A stretch of 46,184 nucleotides of DNA from an uncultured Bacilli bacterium (GCA_947628785.1 CANRBE010000002.1:1-46184); one strand, 5' to 3'; shown: positions 8,446 to 18,471, numbered from the stretch's first letter. Made by a program: numbers and translations. The notes: generated from the letters alone by a model not told the origin.

Positions 8446-10095
8446 ATGAAAGATGATTTAAAAAAAATTAAGAAAAAATATGGAGAAAAAATGTCCCATC
8501 TATGTCGTGATTTATTTCCAACTATTTTAGAAAATGATGGAGTATTAATTAAAATATTATTAAATCATTTTAATCCAACTCATAGTTTATATGATGATTT
8601 AAAAGAAAACAATTTAATAAATGAATTTAAAAATTATATATATAATTTATATTATCATCAGAAACTAGAACTTTTAGATACTAATAAAACTCCAAAAGAA
8701 TTACTTTTAGAAGCTGGATATATTTTATATGAGTGTCATACCGAAGAAGATATCCAAAAGTTTAGAAAGTATTATCAAAAAAATGAAGAACTTTGTACCT
8801 TTCATGGTGGTAGATTAGTAACTAATTATGTTTTTTTTGCCGTTAAAAAAGATGTTGATTGTATTAAGAGAAAAGACTTTTTAAATCCTAAAAGACAAGA
8901 TAGATATGGAACAAGTGTCATAAGTATCCAATTTACTAGAAATGAAAACCATACTTTATCTATCAAAAATAGATACAATCATACTGTCCGAAATCCGGAT
9001 GCGACCTTTTCTAACAATTTGGAAAATATTATTCCTGGTTTAACAAAATCTTTTGAAAAAACCTATGGGATGGTTCAAAAATATCCTAATTTTGATTTTG
9101 AAATACCTAATTATGTTAAAGTAAAAAATAAACATTATAAGTATAATTATGAAATATATAATAACTATTATTGTCCAGATAATATTATAATTTATAATTT
9201 TGATGTTCAAAAATACGATAAAGAAAAATATATAATAATGGATTATTTTATCTTAGATTTAGTTAATAAAACTATAGAATTGGCTGACAGCAATGATTAT
9301 GATTCTTTTTATGTTGAACTTCAAAATATAGAAAAAATAAATGTTATTAAAATAAAAACTGGAAAAATTATCAATCTTACTTTAAAAGATAAAGATAGTG
9401 TTGAAATAGAACTAGATAATAACAATGTTATAGTGGGTTATAAAAATCCTAATATTAGGACTATATATAATGATTTTTTATTTTTTAATGAAACATTACG
9501 TAATTTAGAATTACCTAATGTTTTAAAAATTGATAATCATTTTTTAGAATTTAATGATAGTTTAACTACTTTAAATTTACCCAAAGTAGAAGAAATAGGT
9601 AATAATTTTATGAATTATAATACTACTTTAAAAAAATTATCTTTACCAAAAGTTAAAAAAATAAATGAACGTTTTCTTTCTTCCAATCAAAATTTAAAAA
9701 GTTTAGATTTGCCAGAGGTAATTACTATTGGTTATGATTTTTTAAGAACAAACAATGAAATGAAAGAGTTTAAAGCTGATAAATTAGAAATAATAAGTAA
9801 TTATTTTATGCTTTACAATAATTCTTTAAAAAATTTATCTTTACCTAGTTTAAAAAAGATATACAATAGTTTTCTTTTCCATAATATTGTTTTAAAAGAA
9901 TTGATAATACCAAATATCGAAATAATAGGGGATGATTTTTTATCAACCAATAAACGTATAGAAGTTTTAGATGTACCTAAATTAAAAACTATTGGTAAAA
10001 ACTTTTTAGTTTGTAATGAAATAAAAGAACTTAAAGCCCCTAAATTAAGTGATGCTGAAATATTAAAAAAACAGGTATTAGCTAAAAGGTTATAA
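8446..10095 (+). CDS. Leucine-rich-repeat protein without signal peptide; ~330-aa N-terminal domain of unknown family
   Basis: The C-terminal third consists of about 9 tandem ~23-aa repeats (L.LP.v..Ig..FL..N..Lk), BspA/LRR_5-like. The ATG at 8446 after AAGGGGGA is preferred to 8404. No hydrophobic N-terminus. Confidence 0.7.
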   Translation: MKDDLKKIKKKYGEKMSHLCRDLFPTILENDGVLIKILLNHFNPTHSLYDDLKENNLINEFKNYIYNLYYHQKLELLDTNKTPKELLLEAGYILYECHTEEDIQKFRKYYQKNEELCTFHGGRLVTNYVFFAVKKDVDCIKRKDFLNPKRQDRYGTSVISIQFTRNENHTLSIKNRYNHTVRNPDATFSNNLENIIPGLTKSFEKTYGMVQKYPNFDFEIPNYVKVKNKHYKYNYEIYNNYYCPDNIIIYNFDVQKYDKEKYIIMDYFILDLVNKTIELADSNDYDSFYVELQNIEKINVIKIKTGKIINLTLKDKDSVEIELDNNNVIVGYKNPNIRTIYNDFLFFNETLRNLELPNVLKIDNHFLEFNDSLTTLNLPKVEEIGNNFMNYNTTLKKLSLPKVKKINERFLSSNQNLKSLDLPEVITIGYDFLRTNNEMKEFKADKLEIISNYFMLYNNSLKNLSLPSLKKIYNSFLFHNIVLKELIIPNIEIIGDDFLSTNKRIEVLDVPKLKTIGKNFLVCNEIKELKAPKLSDAEILKKQVLAKRL

Positions 10096-10096
10096 T

Positions 10097-10174
10097 TTAG
10101 TGGTTTTGATAATCAAAATATTCCCAAATAACATAGATAATAAAATTAATTTTATCCATAATTTTTTGAATCAT
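10097..10174 (-). CDS. Candidate small ORF, 25 aa (MIQKIMDKINFIIYVIWEYFDYQNH)
   Basis: Consensus SD AGGAGGTG lies 7 nt upstream of the ATG. Sits in the intergenic region divergent from the orphan histidine kinase. Below the track threshold. No homology evidence. Confidence 0.3.
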   Translation of the reverse strand: MIQKIMDKINFIIYVIWEYFDYQNH

Positions 10175-10233
10175 AATCTCACCTCCTACTTATATATAAG
10201 ACAAAATTAAGTTATTTCCTTTTTTTAATATAA

Positions 10234-10250
10234 TTCGACAACAATCGACA
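10234..10250. promoter_or_regulatory. Tandem Spo0A-box-like motif TTCGACA-aca-ATCGACA (10-bp register); third box TGTCGAG at 10270-10276
   Basis: TTCGACA is the exact reverse complement of the 0A-box consensus TGTCGAA. The second box matches 6 of 7 positions. Lies 35-50 bp upstream of the kinase start codon. Confidence 0.35.
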
Positions 10251-10284
10251 TAAAAAAATTGTATTATTTTGTCGAGGTGATAAG

Positions 10285-11508
10285 ATGAATATTTATGAAA
10301 CTATATTAGTTATGATAATTTTTATGTTGTTCCCTTTTGTTGTTGAGTTACTTTATCAAGTAACTTATCAAAATCAAAATCAAAAAATTAATCCAGATAG
10401 TTATTTAATAGCTGTTATTACATCTTGTTATTTTTTAGTAAGATTTGGTTTAGATAATCCTTTAATTGTCATATTATTTTTAAATATACCTCTTTTAATG
10501 ATATATCAAAAAAATGATGTTAAATTAGGAATTATTTTATCAATTATAATTAGTGTTATTGGTATTATATATACTAATATCCCTTGGTTTATATTTATGA
10601 TGGATTATTTATCTTTACTATTTATATATAAAATTTATCAAAAAGAAAAAATAAGTTTTTCTAAATATATTTTAATATTTGATGCTATATTAATAATTAA
10701 CATAATGTTTTTTAAAATAGATAAACCGATAAGTTATTATATATTAATTATACTTAGTTTTATTATTTTATCTTTTTTAACAGATTTAATCAAAAAATAT
10801 GGAGAGAATGCTATTTGTTTTCATCGAACTTTAAAAGATTTAGAAGAAGAAAAACAACTTAGAATGTCATTATTTCAAATAACCCATGAAATAAAAAATC
10901 CTATTACTGTTTGTAAAGGGTATTTAGATATGTTTGATATTAATAATAAAGAACATTTAAAAAAATTTATTCCAATAATTAAAGAAGAAATAGCTAGAGT
11001 TTTAATATTAATCGAAGACTTTCTTCAAATAACTAAAATAAAAATAAATAAAGATTTAATGGATGCAACAATGCTTTTGGAAGAAAATCAAAGAAATTTT
11101 GAATTGCTTTTTAAAAAAAATAACATCGATTGTGAATTTAATATTCCAAATGACGAAATTTATATATATGCTGATTATCAAAGATTAAATCAGGTATTAA
11201 TTAATTTAATAAAAAATGGAATGGAAGCTTTAGATAAAAATAAAAAAATGGAAGTTAGTATGAAAATAAAAAATAGTAATTTGGAAATAATAGTTAAAGA
11301 CTATGGGAAGGGGATGGATAAAGAGCAATTAGCTAAAATAAAAACTCCTTTTTTTACAACCAAACAAGGAGGAACAGGTTTAGGTCTTTATCTAAGTGAT
11401 GAAATAATAAAAGCTCACGATGGTAGTTTAGTTTATAACTCTAAAAAAGATATAGGTACGACAGTATGTATTAAATTACCATATAAAAAAGATGTTAAGA
11501 TTTCTTAA
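10285..11508 (+). CDS. Orphan sensor histidine kinase (polytopic N-terminal sensor, KinA-E-like H-box)
   Basis: About 6 TM helices, H-box ITHEIKNPIT, N-box LINLIKNGMEA, G-boxes DYGKGM and GGTGLGL. No response regulator gene adjacent. Confidence 0.85.
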   Translation: MNIYETILVMIIFMLFPFVVELLYQVTYQNQNQKINPDSYLIAVITSCYFLVRFGLDNPLIVILFLNIPLLMIYQKNDVKLGIILSIIISVIGIIYTNIPWFIFMMDYLSLLFIYKIYQKEKISFSKYILIFDAILIINIMFFKIDKPISYYILIILSFIILSFLTDLIKKYGENAICFHRTLKDLEEEKQLRMSLFQITHEIKNPITVCKGYLDMFDINNKEHLKKFIPIIKEEIARVLILIEDFLQITKIKINKDLMDATMLLEENQRNFELLFKKNNIDCEFNIPNDEIYIYADYQRLNQVLINLIKNGMEALDKNKKMEVSMKIKNSNLEIIVKDYGKGMDKEQLAKIKTPFFTTKQGGTGLGLYLSDEIIKAHDGSLVYNSKKDIGTTVCIKLPYKKDVKIS

Positions 11509-11512
11509 CATC
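11491..11512. terminator. Perfect 9-bp-stem hairpin holding the stop codons of both convergent genes
   Basis: GATGTTAAG-attt-CTTAACATC. The kinase TAA is at 11506-11508 and the rnj TAA (complement) at 11495-11497. An A-run lies upstream on the + strand. Confidence 0.5.
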
Positions 11513-13165
11513 CATTATAACAGGTAGAATAATAGGTTTTCTTCCTGTTTTTTCATAGGTATAATTAGTAATACTAGTTATGATTTCTAATTTTATATCG
11601 GTATAATTAATAGGAGCTTTTAAACGGTTTAAGATAGCTTTTTTACTTACTTTTTCCAAATCTTTTAATAACTCTTCATTTTCATTTACTAATACAAATC
11701 CTCTAGTTGTAATATTTGGATTTCCGAGTAGAGTAGCTTTAGCTGTATTTATATTAGCAACTACTACTATAATACCATCGTTAGCCATAACTTTTCTATC
11801 ATGTATTACTGCCGTTGAAACATCACCAATTCGATTTCCATCTACATAAACATTACCAGCTGGAACAGTTCCATTTCTTCTAACTTGTCCTTTATACATC
11901 GAAAGAACATCACCATTTCCCATAATGAAAGTATTTTCTCTTGGAATACCACATAAAACACCAATATCAGTATGTTTTTTAAGCATTCTATATTCACCAT
12001 GGAAAGGCATAAAATATTTGGGTTTTATTAAACGAATCATTAATTTTAATTCTTCTTCATTACCGTGACCAGATGTATGAATATCGTTTAAAGAAGTATT
12101 AGTAAATACTTGAACTCCTTTTAAATATAGTTTATTTATTGTTCTAGATATACTAGCAGCATTTCCTGGTATTGCTGATGAAGAAAAGATTACGACATCG
12201 TTTTTTTGAAGTTTGATATGACGATGTGTTCCATCAGCTATTCTTGATAAAGCTGCAAGTGGTTCACCTTGAGAACCAGTACAAAGTAAACATACTTGAT
12301 TAGGTTCTAAATGATTAGCTTCTTCTGGTGTAATAAAAATATCTTTGTTTTTTATATATCCATCTTTAATAGATATTTCAATATTGTTTTCCATACTTCT
12401 TCCAAAGATAGCTATTTTTCTATTGTTTCTTTTACAAGTATCAACAATATGTTTTAAACGGTAAATATTAGATGCGAAAGTTGCAATTATAATTCTTCCT
12501 TTTTCTCTAGCAAATATTTCTCTTAAAGCATTATCTACTTTTGATTCACTTAAACTCATTCCTTCATTTAAAGCATTAGTACTATCACTTAAAAGCAAAG
12601 TAACACCTCGTCTTCCAATACTAGCCATTTTATGAATATTGGCCATTGGTCCAATTGGTGTTAGGTCAAATTTAAAGTCACCAGTTGTAACAATAGTACC
12701 ATTTGGTGTTTTAATACAAATACCATGTGAATCAGGAATAGAGTGAGTAGTTCTAAAAAATTCAACTTCCATATATTTAAATTTTACTTTAAGTTTTTCA
12801 TCGTATATAAATAAATTATTGTACTTTAAGCTTCTATCTTCAAACTTTTTTCTGATTAATCCAACCGCTTGGTTAGGTGCATATATAGCTGGAATATTAA
12901 CGGTTTGAATTAAATAAGGAATACCACCAATATGGTCTTCATGACCATGAGTTATAAATAAGGCTTTAATCTTTTTTTCATTTTGTTTTAGATAAGTCAT
13001 ATCAGGTATCACTGAATCAACCCCTAATAGATTATCTGGTATACTCATTCCCGCATCTGTAATAATGATTTCATTTTTATATTCAACGACATACATGTTT
13101 TTACCAACTTCCCCTAAACCTCCTAGGGCAAAGATTTTTGTATCTTCGTTGTTTAAAAATTTCAC
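11495..13165 (-). CDS. rnj: Ribonuclease J
   Basis: Beta-lactamase/beta-CASP fold with HGHEDHIGG. 556 aa, typical length and end-to-end family-like sequence. GTG start 6 nt after AAAGGAGA. Confidence 0.95.
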   Translation of the reverse strand: MKFLNNEDTKIFALGGLGEVGKNMYVVEYKNEIIITDAGMSIPDNLLGVDSVIPDMTYLKQNEKKIKALFITHGHEDHIGGIPYLIQTVNIPAIYAPNQAVGLIRKKFEDRSLKYNNLFIYDEKLKVKFKYMEVEFFRTTHSIPDSHGICIKTPNGTIVTTGDFKFDLTPIGPMANIHKMASIGRRGVTLLLSDSTNALNEGMSLSESKVDNALREIFAREKGRIIIATFASNIYRLKHIVDTCKRNNRKIAIFGRSMENNIEISIKDGYIKNKDIFITPEEANHLEPNQVCLLCTGSQGEPLAALSRIADGTHRHIKLQKNDVVIFSSSAIPGNAASISRTINKLYLKGVQVFTNTSLNDIHTSGHGNEEELKLMIRLIKPKYFMPFHGEYRMLKKHTDIGVLCGIPRENTFIMGNGDVLSMYKGQVRRNGTVPAGNVYVDGNRIGDVSTAVIHDRKVMANDGIIVVVANINTAKATLLGNPNITTRGFVLVNENEELLKDLEKVSKKAILNRLKAPINYTDIKLEIITSITNYTYEKTGRKPIILPVIMDVKKS

Positions 13166-13309
13166 TTCTTTTCTCCTTTCATTTTATTTAATAGAAATCC
13201 AACGTGTTAATTATATAATAAAATAGTTGTTTTGTCAAAAAATGTTTGGTATGGTTGTCATCAATTTAGTTAAATGTTATAATTATTATAATAGAAGGCA
13301 GGTGTTTAA

Positions 13310-16300
13310 GTGAAATTAATACTTTGTGATACTTATAAAATTAATACTTATCAATTACCTGACAAAATAGAAGATATTTATATAATAAGTGATACATTTG
13401 GTCCAAATTCGTCTAAAGAAAATATTTATTTAGATGCATATCAAAATTACTGGTCAATAAAATCTGATGAAACAATTCAAATAACTAACAATAATCAAAT
13501 AGAAACGAGAGCTATTTTAAAAGAGTATTCTAGTTATAAGATAAAATTTTCTGATTTAGATAAAACTTTATCTATTTATATAGTTCCTGATTTAGAAAAA
13601 TATTCAACTTTGATTATTAATTCATCAATTAAAATAGGTAGTACTAACCAAGATAATATTTGTTATCAAGCTTTATTAAAAAACCAGGTATCAATAGTTA
13701 ATAATAATAACTACTATATTATTACTGAACAAAATGAAGATAATCTTTATATAAATTCTAAAAAAGTAAAACAAAAAGTTTTAGAGTTAGGGGATGTCAT
13801 TTTTTTAAACGGTTTAAAAATTATTTGGATGGATAGTTATATCAAAATAAATAATCCAAATAATCAAGTGGTTTTTAATGGCTTAAATAATTATTTAGAA
13901 ACTAGTGTTGAAAATACTTATACTAAAACCACTGATATTGAAAAAAATATCAAATTATATAATGATAATCAAATATTTTTCCATACTCCTAGATTAAAAC
14001 CAGAAATAAAAGAAGAACATATAAAAATAGATGCTCCTCCAGAAGAAGAGAGAAATGAACAAATGCCAATGCTTTTAACTGTTGGTTCTTCTGCCATTAT
14101 TGGGATAACTTCTTGTATAACTGGTATATCGGCTTTAAATGGATTAATGACTGGAACGATGGATTTATTTAATGCTATATTAGAGTTTATTATGTGTGGT
14201 TTAATGTTGGTTGCCTGTATTTTATTTCCTATGTTGATGGATATGTGGCAAAAGAAAAGAATTAAGAAAAAAGAGCAACTAAGACAAAGAAGATACAAAG
14301 AATATCTATCTAAAAAAAGTACTTTGATTGAAAATATTATTGAAAAACAAAGACAAATCCTTTACAAAAATAATTTAAGTTTAAAAGAAATAGAAAATTC
14401 GATTGTTAATTTAGATAATAATATTTGGAACCGAGAAATAATTGACAATGACTTTTTAACAGTTCGGTTAGGAATTGGGGATAGACCTTGTTTACTTAAT
14501 GTCAATATTGTTGAAGAAGAATTTTCTTTATATGATGATAATTTAAAAGATGAAGTTATTAAAATGACTAATGAAAAAAGAATGATTGAAAATGTACCGA
14601 TAACTTTGTCATTAAGAAAAAATAGGGTTACTCCTTTTATTATCAATTGTAATTTTAGAAAACAATATATTGATAGTTTGCTTTTACAACTTATTTATTA
14701 CTATAGTGGTATGGATTTAAAAATAGTTGTTTTTACTAATGAATTAAATGCTTCTAATTGGGAATATTTAAAATACATGCCTCATAATTTTACTAAAGAT
14801 AGAGAAAGAAGATTATTTGCGACCAATGAAAATGAAATGATTCAACTATCAATGTTTTTAGAACAAGAATATGAAAAAAGATTAAAAGAAAGTGATGATG
14901 ACGATAAAGAAAAAAAAGACGAAGAAGAAAATAATGAAACTCCTTATAAAAAATTTGATGATTATTATTTAATAATAACAGATGATTTTAAAGTAGTTAA
15001 AGATATTCCAATTATTGAAAGAATTATTAATAGTACTATCGATTTTGGCTTTTCTATTATGATATTTGAAACATTACTTAAAAATTTACCAAGTCATTTT
15101 AATAAATTTGTATCAATTGTTCCAAATTCTAGTGGTATTTTTGAAAGAACTTTAGATGTCGATAGTCAATTACAATTTGAACCTGAGTATTTACAAACCG
15201 ATTTTATTTCTACTTATTCTAAAATACTAGCTAATATTCCTGTTTTAGATAAATCAGAAAATAGAATGATACCTCAAACTTTATCATTTTTAGATATGTA
15301 TAAAGTAGGAAGGGTTGATCAACTTAATATTTTAACTAGATGGAAAGAAAATGACCCTACTGTCAGTTTACATGCTCCGGTAGGTGAAAAAGAATATGAA
15401 AAATTAATAGAACTTGATTTACATGAAAAATACCATGGACCTCATGGTTTGATAGCTGGTTCAACTGGTAGTGGTAAATCAGAATTTATTATGACTTATA
15501 TACTTTCAATGGCAATTAATTATGACCCTAGAGAAGTTCAATTTATATTAATTGATTATAAAGGTGGTGGCTTAGCTTTAGCCTTTGAAAATAGGGAAAC
15601 AAATGTTAAAATACCACATTTAGTTGGAACAATTACTAACTTAGATACTAGTGAGATGCATAGGACTTTAGTATCAATTAAAAGTGAGCTTCAAAGAAGA
15701 CAGATAAAATTTAATAATGCTCGTAATTTATTAGGTGAAGGTACTATCGATATTTATAAATATCAAAGACTTTACAGAGAAGGTAAAGTGGATGAACCTA
15801 TTTCTCACTTGTTTGTAATTGCTGATGAGTTTGCTGAGTTAAAAGACCAACAACCAGATTTTATGGATGAATTAGTTTCAACCGCAAGAATTGGTCGGTC
15901 TTTAGGAGTTCATTTGATTTTATCTACTCAAAAACCAAGTGGGGTAGTAAATGACCAAATTTGGTCCAACTCACGTTTTCATGTTTGTCTTAAAGTTCAA
16001 ACTAGTGAAGACAGTGTTGAAATGCTTAAGAAATCTGATGCTGCCAATATAAAAGAAACTGGTCGTTTCTATCTACAAGTTGGCAATGATGAAATCTTTG
16101 AGTATGGACAGTCAGCTTGGGCAGGGGCTAAATATGTACCAGTAAATAGATTGTTAAAAAAAATTGATGATAGTATTGAGTTTATCAGTAATGATGGAAC
16201 TGTAATCAAACAGATAAACGATGAACTTAAACAAGAAGAAAATATTGAACTAGGTGAACAATTAACTAATATAGTTAAATATTTATATGATGTAGCAACC

Positions 16301-17860
16301 AGGGAAAAAATACCTTTTAATTCATTATGGTTAGCGAGTATACCAAATGATATTTATTTAGGTAATTTAATTAGAAAGTATAATTTTAATGTTAAAAAGT
16401 TTCCAATTGAAACAATAATTGGAGAATATGATAAACCAACTAAACAAGAACAGGGCTTATTTAAAGTTGACTTAACTTGTCAAAATACAGTTGTTTTTGG
16501 CTTGCCAGGTTCAGGTAAGGAAAATTTACTTTCAACTTTAATTTTTAATACTTGTCTTTATTATGGACCAAATAGTGTAGCTTTTTATATTTTAGATTTT
16601 GGTTCTGAATCGTTAAAAATATTTAATAAAATGCCTCAAGTTGGAGATGTTATCTTTTCGGATGAAAGAGAAAAAATAGAAGCTTATTTTGACTATTTAG
16701 ATAAGGAAATTAAGAAAAGAAAAGAACTTTTTAATGATTATGCTGGAGATTATGTCAATTACTGTCAAAATAGTGGACAAACTATCCCTCAAATTATAAA
16801 CATAATAAATGGTTTTGAATCATTTATGGAAATGTGTGGTGATTTAGAGGGGGATTTTATGCCTATTTTTAGGGATGGTAGTAAATATGGTATTATTTTT
16901 ATAACTACTGTTATTTCTACTAATTCAATGCGTAGTAGTATTTTAGATTGTTTTTCTAATAAAATACTATTACAAGTTGCTGATGAGTTTGATTATCGTT
17001 ATATTTTAAATGCTCCTCAAGGTTTATTACCTAAAAAAGTTTTTGGACGTGGTATAGCTTTAGTTAATGATGAAGCTTGTGAATTTCAAAGTGCTTATAT
17101 AACTGATAAATCTAATATAAATGAAGCAATAAAAAATTATAGTAAACAATTATTTAATCAATACCAATATAAAGTAAAACCTATTAAAGTTTTACCTAAA
17201 TCTTTAACAGTTAATGATTTATTTAAATATACTAAAACAATTGATAAAGTGCCTCTTGGAATTTTAAGAGATGAAGGGGAAATATGTTATTATAACTTTA
17301 TTAAAAATCAAGTTAATCTAATTTTAGGTGATACTATTATTGACGATTTAACTTTTATGTGTGGTGTTATTGATTTAATTGATTCGATAAAAGGAATAAA
17401 ACTAAATATATTAGACTTTATAACATGTATCCAAACAGATGGGAATGCTAAGTATTATAATATTGACTTTAAAAGTGCTTTAACTAGTATTATGACAAGT
17501 CAAGAGCCAACTGTTAATATTATGCTTGGTATTGGTGATTTTGAGGGAGCTATGTCTTCTGATGAATTAGAACTATTTAATCAGTTGATGAGTAATTTGA
17601 ATAGATATCCAAATCATGTATTTATTATTATCGATAATTCTGAACGTTTTAAAACTATTAAATCTTGTTCATGGTATCAAAATATAAATAGAACATCTGG
17701 TGTTTGGTATGGACATAATATTGAAAATCAAGATGTATTTATGATTGATAATTTAAAAGAATATGATGTCGAAGATAATATGCGAGATATAGTTTATGTC
17801 ATTAATGATAAAAACTATCAAGTTATTAAGGGAATAGGAGAGAAAAGAGATGAATTTTAA
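13310..17860 (+). CDS. essC: Type VII secretion system ATPase EssC (FtsK/SpoIIIE family)
   Basis: N-terminal FHA-like region, two TM helices around residues 255-310, three FtsK-like ATPase modules. D1 has GSTGSGKS and VIADEFAEL. D2 has GLPGSGKE. D3 has no recognisable P-loop. 1516 aa. GTG start after AGGTG. Confidence 0.92.
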   Translation: MKLILCDTYKINTYQLPDKIEDIYIISDTFGPNSSKENIYLDAYQNYWSIKSDETIQITNNNQIETRAILKEYSSYKIKFSDLDKTLSIYIVPDLEKYSTLIINSSIKIGSTNQDNICYQALLKNQVSIVNNNNYYIITEQNEDNLYINSKKVKQKVLELGDVIFLNGLKIIWMDSYIKINNPNNQVVFNGLNNYLETSVENTYTKTTDIEKNIKLYNDNQIFFHTPRLKPEIKEEHIKIDAPPEEERNEQMPMLLTVGSSAIIGITSCITGISALNGLMTGTMDLFNAILEFIMCGLMLVACILFPMLMDMWQKKRIKKKEQLRQRRYKEYLSKKSTLIENIIEKQRQILYKNNLSLKEIENSIVNLDNNIWNREIIDNDFLTVRLGIGDRPCLLNVNIVEEEFSLYDDNLKDEVIKMTNEKRMIENVPITLSLRKNRVTPFIINCNFRKQYIDSLLLQLIYYYSGMDLKIVVFTNELNASNWEYLKYMPHNFTKDRERRLFATNENEMIQLSMFLEQEYEKRLKESDDDDKEKKDEEENNETPYKKFDDYYLIITDDFKVVKDIPIIERIINSTIDFGFSIMIFETLLKNLPSHFNKFVSIVPNSSGIFERTLDVDSQLQFEPEYLQTDFISTYSKILANIPVLDKSENRMIPQTLSFLDMYKVGRVDQLNILTRWKENDPTVSLHAPVGEKEYEKLIELDLHEKYHGPHGLIAGSTGSGKSEFIMTYILSMAINYDPREVQFILIDYKGGGLALAFENRETNVKIPHLVGTITNLDTSEMHRTLVSIKSELQRRQIKFNNARNLLGEGTIDIYKYQRLYREGKVDEPISHLFVIADEFAELKDQQPDFMDELVSTARIGRSLGVHLILSTQKPSGVVNDQIWSNSRFHVCLKVQTSEDSVEMLKKSDAANIKETGRFYLQVGNDEIFEYGQSAWAGAKYVPVNRLLKKIDDSIEFISNDGTVIKQINDELKQEENIELGEQLTNIVKYLYDVATREKIPFNSLWLASIPNDIYLGNLIRKYNFNVKKFPIETIIGEYDKPTKQEQGLFKVDLTCQNTVVFGLPGSGKENLLSTLIFNTCLYYGPNSVAFYILDFGSESLKIFNKMPQVGDVIFSDEREKIEAYFDYLDKEIKKRKELFNDYAGDYVNYCQNSGQTIPQIINIINGFESFMEMCGDLEGDFMPIFRDGSKYGIIFITTVISTNSMRSSILDCFSNKILLQVADEFDYRYILNAPQGLLPKKVFGRGIALVNDEACEFQSAYITDKSNINEAIKNYSKQLFNQYQYKVKPIKVLPKSLTVNDLFKYTKTIDKVPLGILRDEGEICYYNFIKNQVNLILGDTIIDDLTFMCGVIDLIDSIKGIKLNILDFITCIQTDGNAKYYNIDFKSALTSIMTSQEPTVNIMLGIGDFEGAMSSDELELFNQLMSNLNRYPNHVFIIIDNSERFKTIKSCSWYQNINRTSGVWYGHNIENQDVFMIDNLKEYDVEDNMRDIVYVINDKNYQVIKGIGEKRDEF

Positions 17861-18117
17861 TGAATAATAAAGTTTTAGTAAAATTGATTGTTCCAGAAAT
17901 TGATAATACTTTTGATGTTTATTTACCTATAAATAAAAAAATTGGTAATATAATTAACTTACTTAATAAAGCAATTAATGAAATAACTGATAATGTCTTT
18001 CCTATTTCTAGTAACAATAAACTTTATAATTCTGTTACTAAAAAAAAATATGAACCAGATGTTTTACTGGCTTATAGTGATATTAGAAATGGAACAACCC
18101 TTATTTTAATTTCTTAG
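17860..18117 (+). CDS. esaB: YukD/EsaB-like ubiquitin-fold T7SS accessory protein
   Basis: 85 aa. Pattern VKLIVP...FDVYLP...IG...L...YSDIRNGTTLILI is typical of YukD. Start overlaps the essC stop (TAATG). Confidence 0.7.
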   Translation: MNNKVLVKLIVPEIDNTFDVYLPINKKIGNIINLLNKAINEITDNVFPISSNNKLYNSVTKKKYEPDVLLAYSDIRNGTTLILIS

Positions 18118-18124
18118 TTTTTAT

Positions 18125-18155
18125 AAAAAAATAGATGTTTAAACATCTATTTTTT
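18125..18155. terminator. Bidirectional terminator between esaB and the convergent esx-like pair
   Basis: A-run, perfect palindrome ATAGATGTTT/AAACATCTAT, T-run. Confidence 0.7.
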
Positions 18156-18458
18156 AGCAACTTCTGAAAATGTTGTGTTACTAGTGTCATTTTTAGTGTA
18201 TTCATTTTTCATTTCATCTAAGATAGTTGAAAATTGACTTAATTTACTAGTTACTTCTGCAAATTCAGCATCGATTCTTTTATTTAATTCTATTAATGAA
18301 GTTTCAGTTGCACTACCTTTAATAGCTTTTTGAATATTAGCTCTAGATGCTGCTATTTCAACATTTTTATTAACTGCTGAGATATAGTCACTCAATGCTT
18401 TTTGCATTGCACTAATTTTAGCAGTGTTGATACCTACTGTTGAACCAGTTGTAGCCAT
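18147..18458 (-). CDS. Esx-like ~100-aa helical-hairpin protein lacking W-x-G, with C-terminal YxxxD motif
   Basis: 103 aa. KGS occupies the hairpin position. C-terminal EYTKND (Y-x-x-x-D). SD GGAGG lies 8 nt upstream, directly after the stop of the upstream WXG gene. Confidence 0.55.
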   Translation of the reverse strand: MATTGSTVGINTAKISAMQKALSDYISAVNKNVEIAASRANIQKAIKGSATETSLIELNKRIDAEFAEVTSKLSQFSTILDEMKNEYTKNDTSNTTFSEVAKK

Positions 18459-18471
18459 TTTTTATACCTCC

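Noticed and set aside
9420-10060. Periodic ~69-bp DNA repeats, considered as a possible CRISPR or VNTR
   Set aside because: They lie within a continuous ORF and correspond to the 23-aa leucine-rich repeats of the protein. The copies are divergent at the DNA level.
13969-14646. Two minus-strand ORFs (109 and 94 aa) inside essC
   Set aside because: These are shadow ORFs antisense to a 1516-aa gene with clear family motifs.
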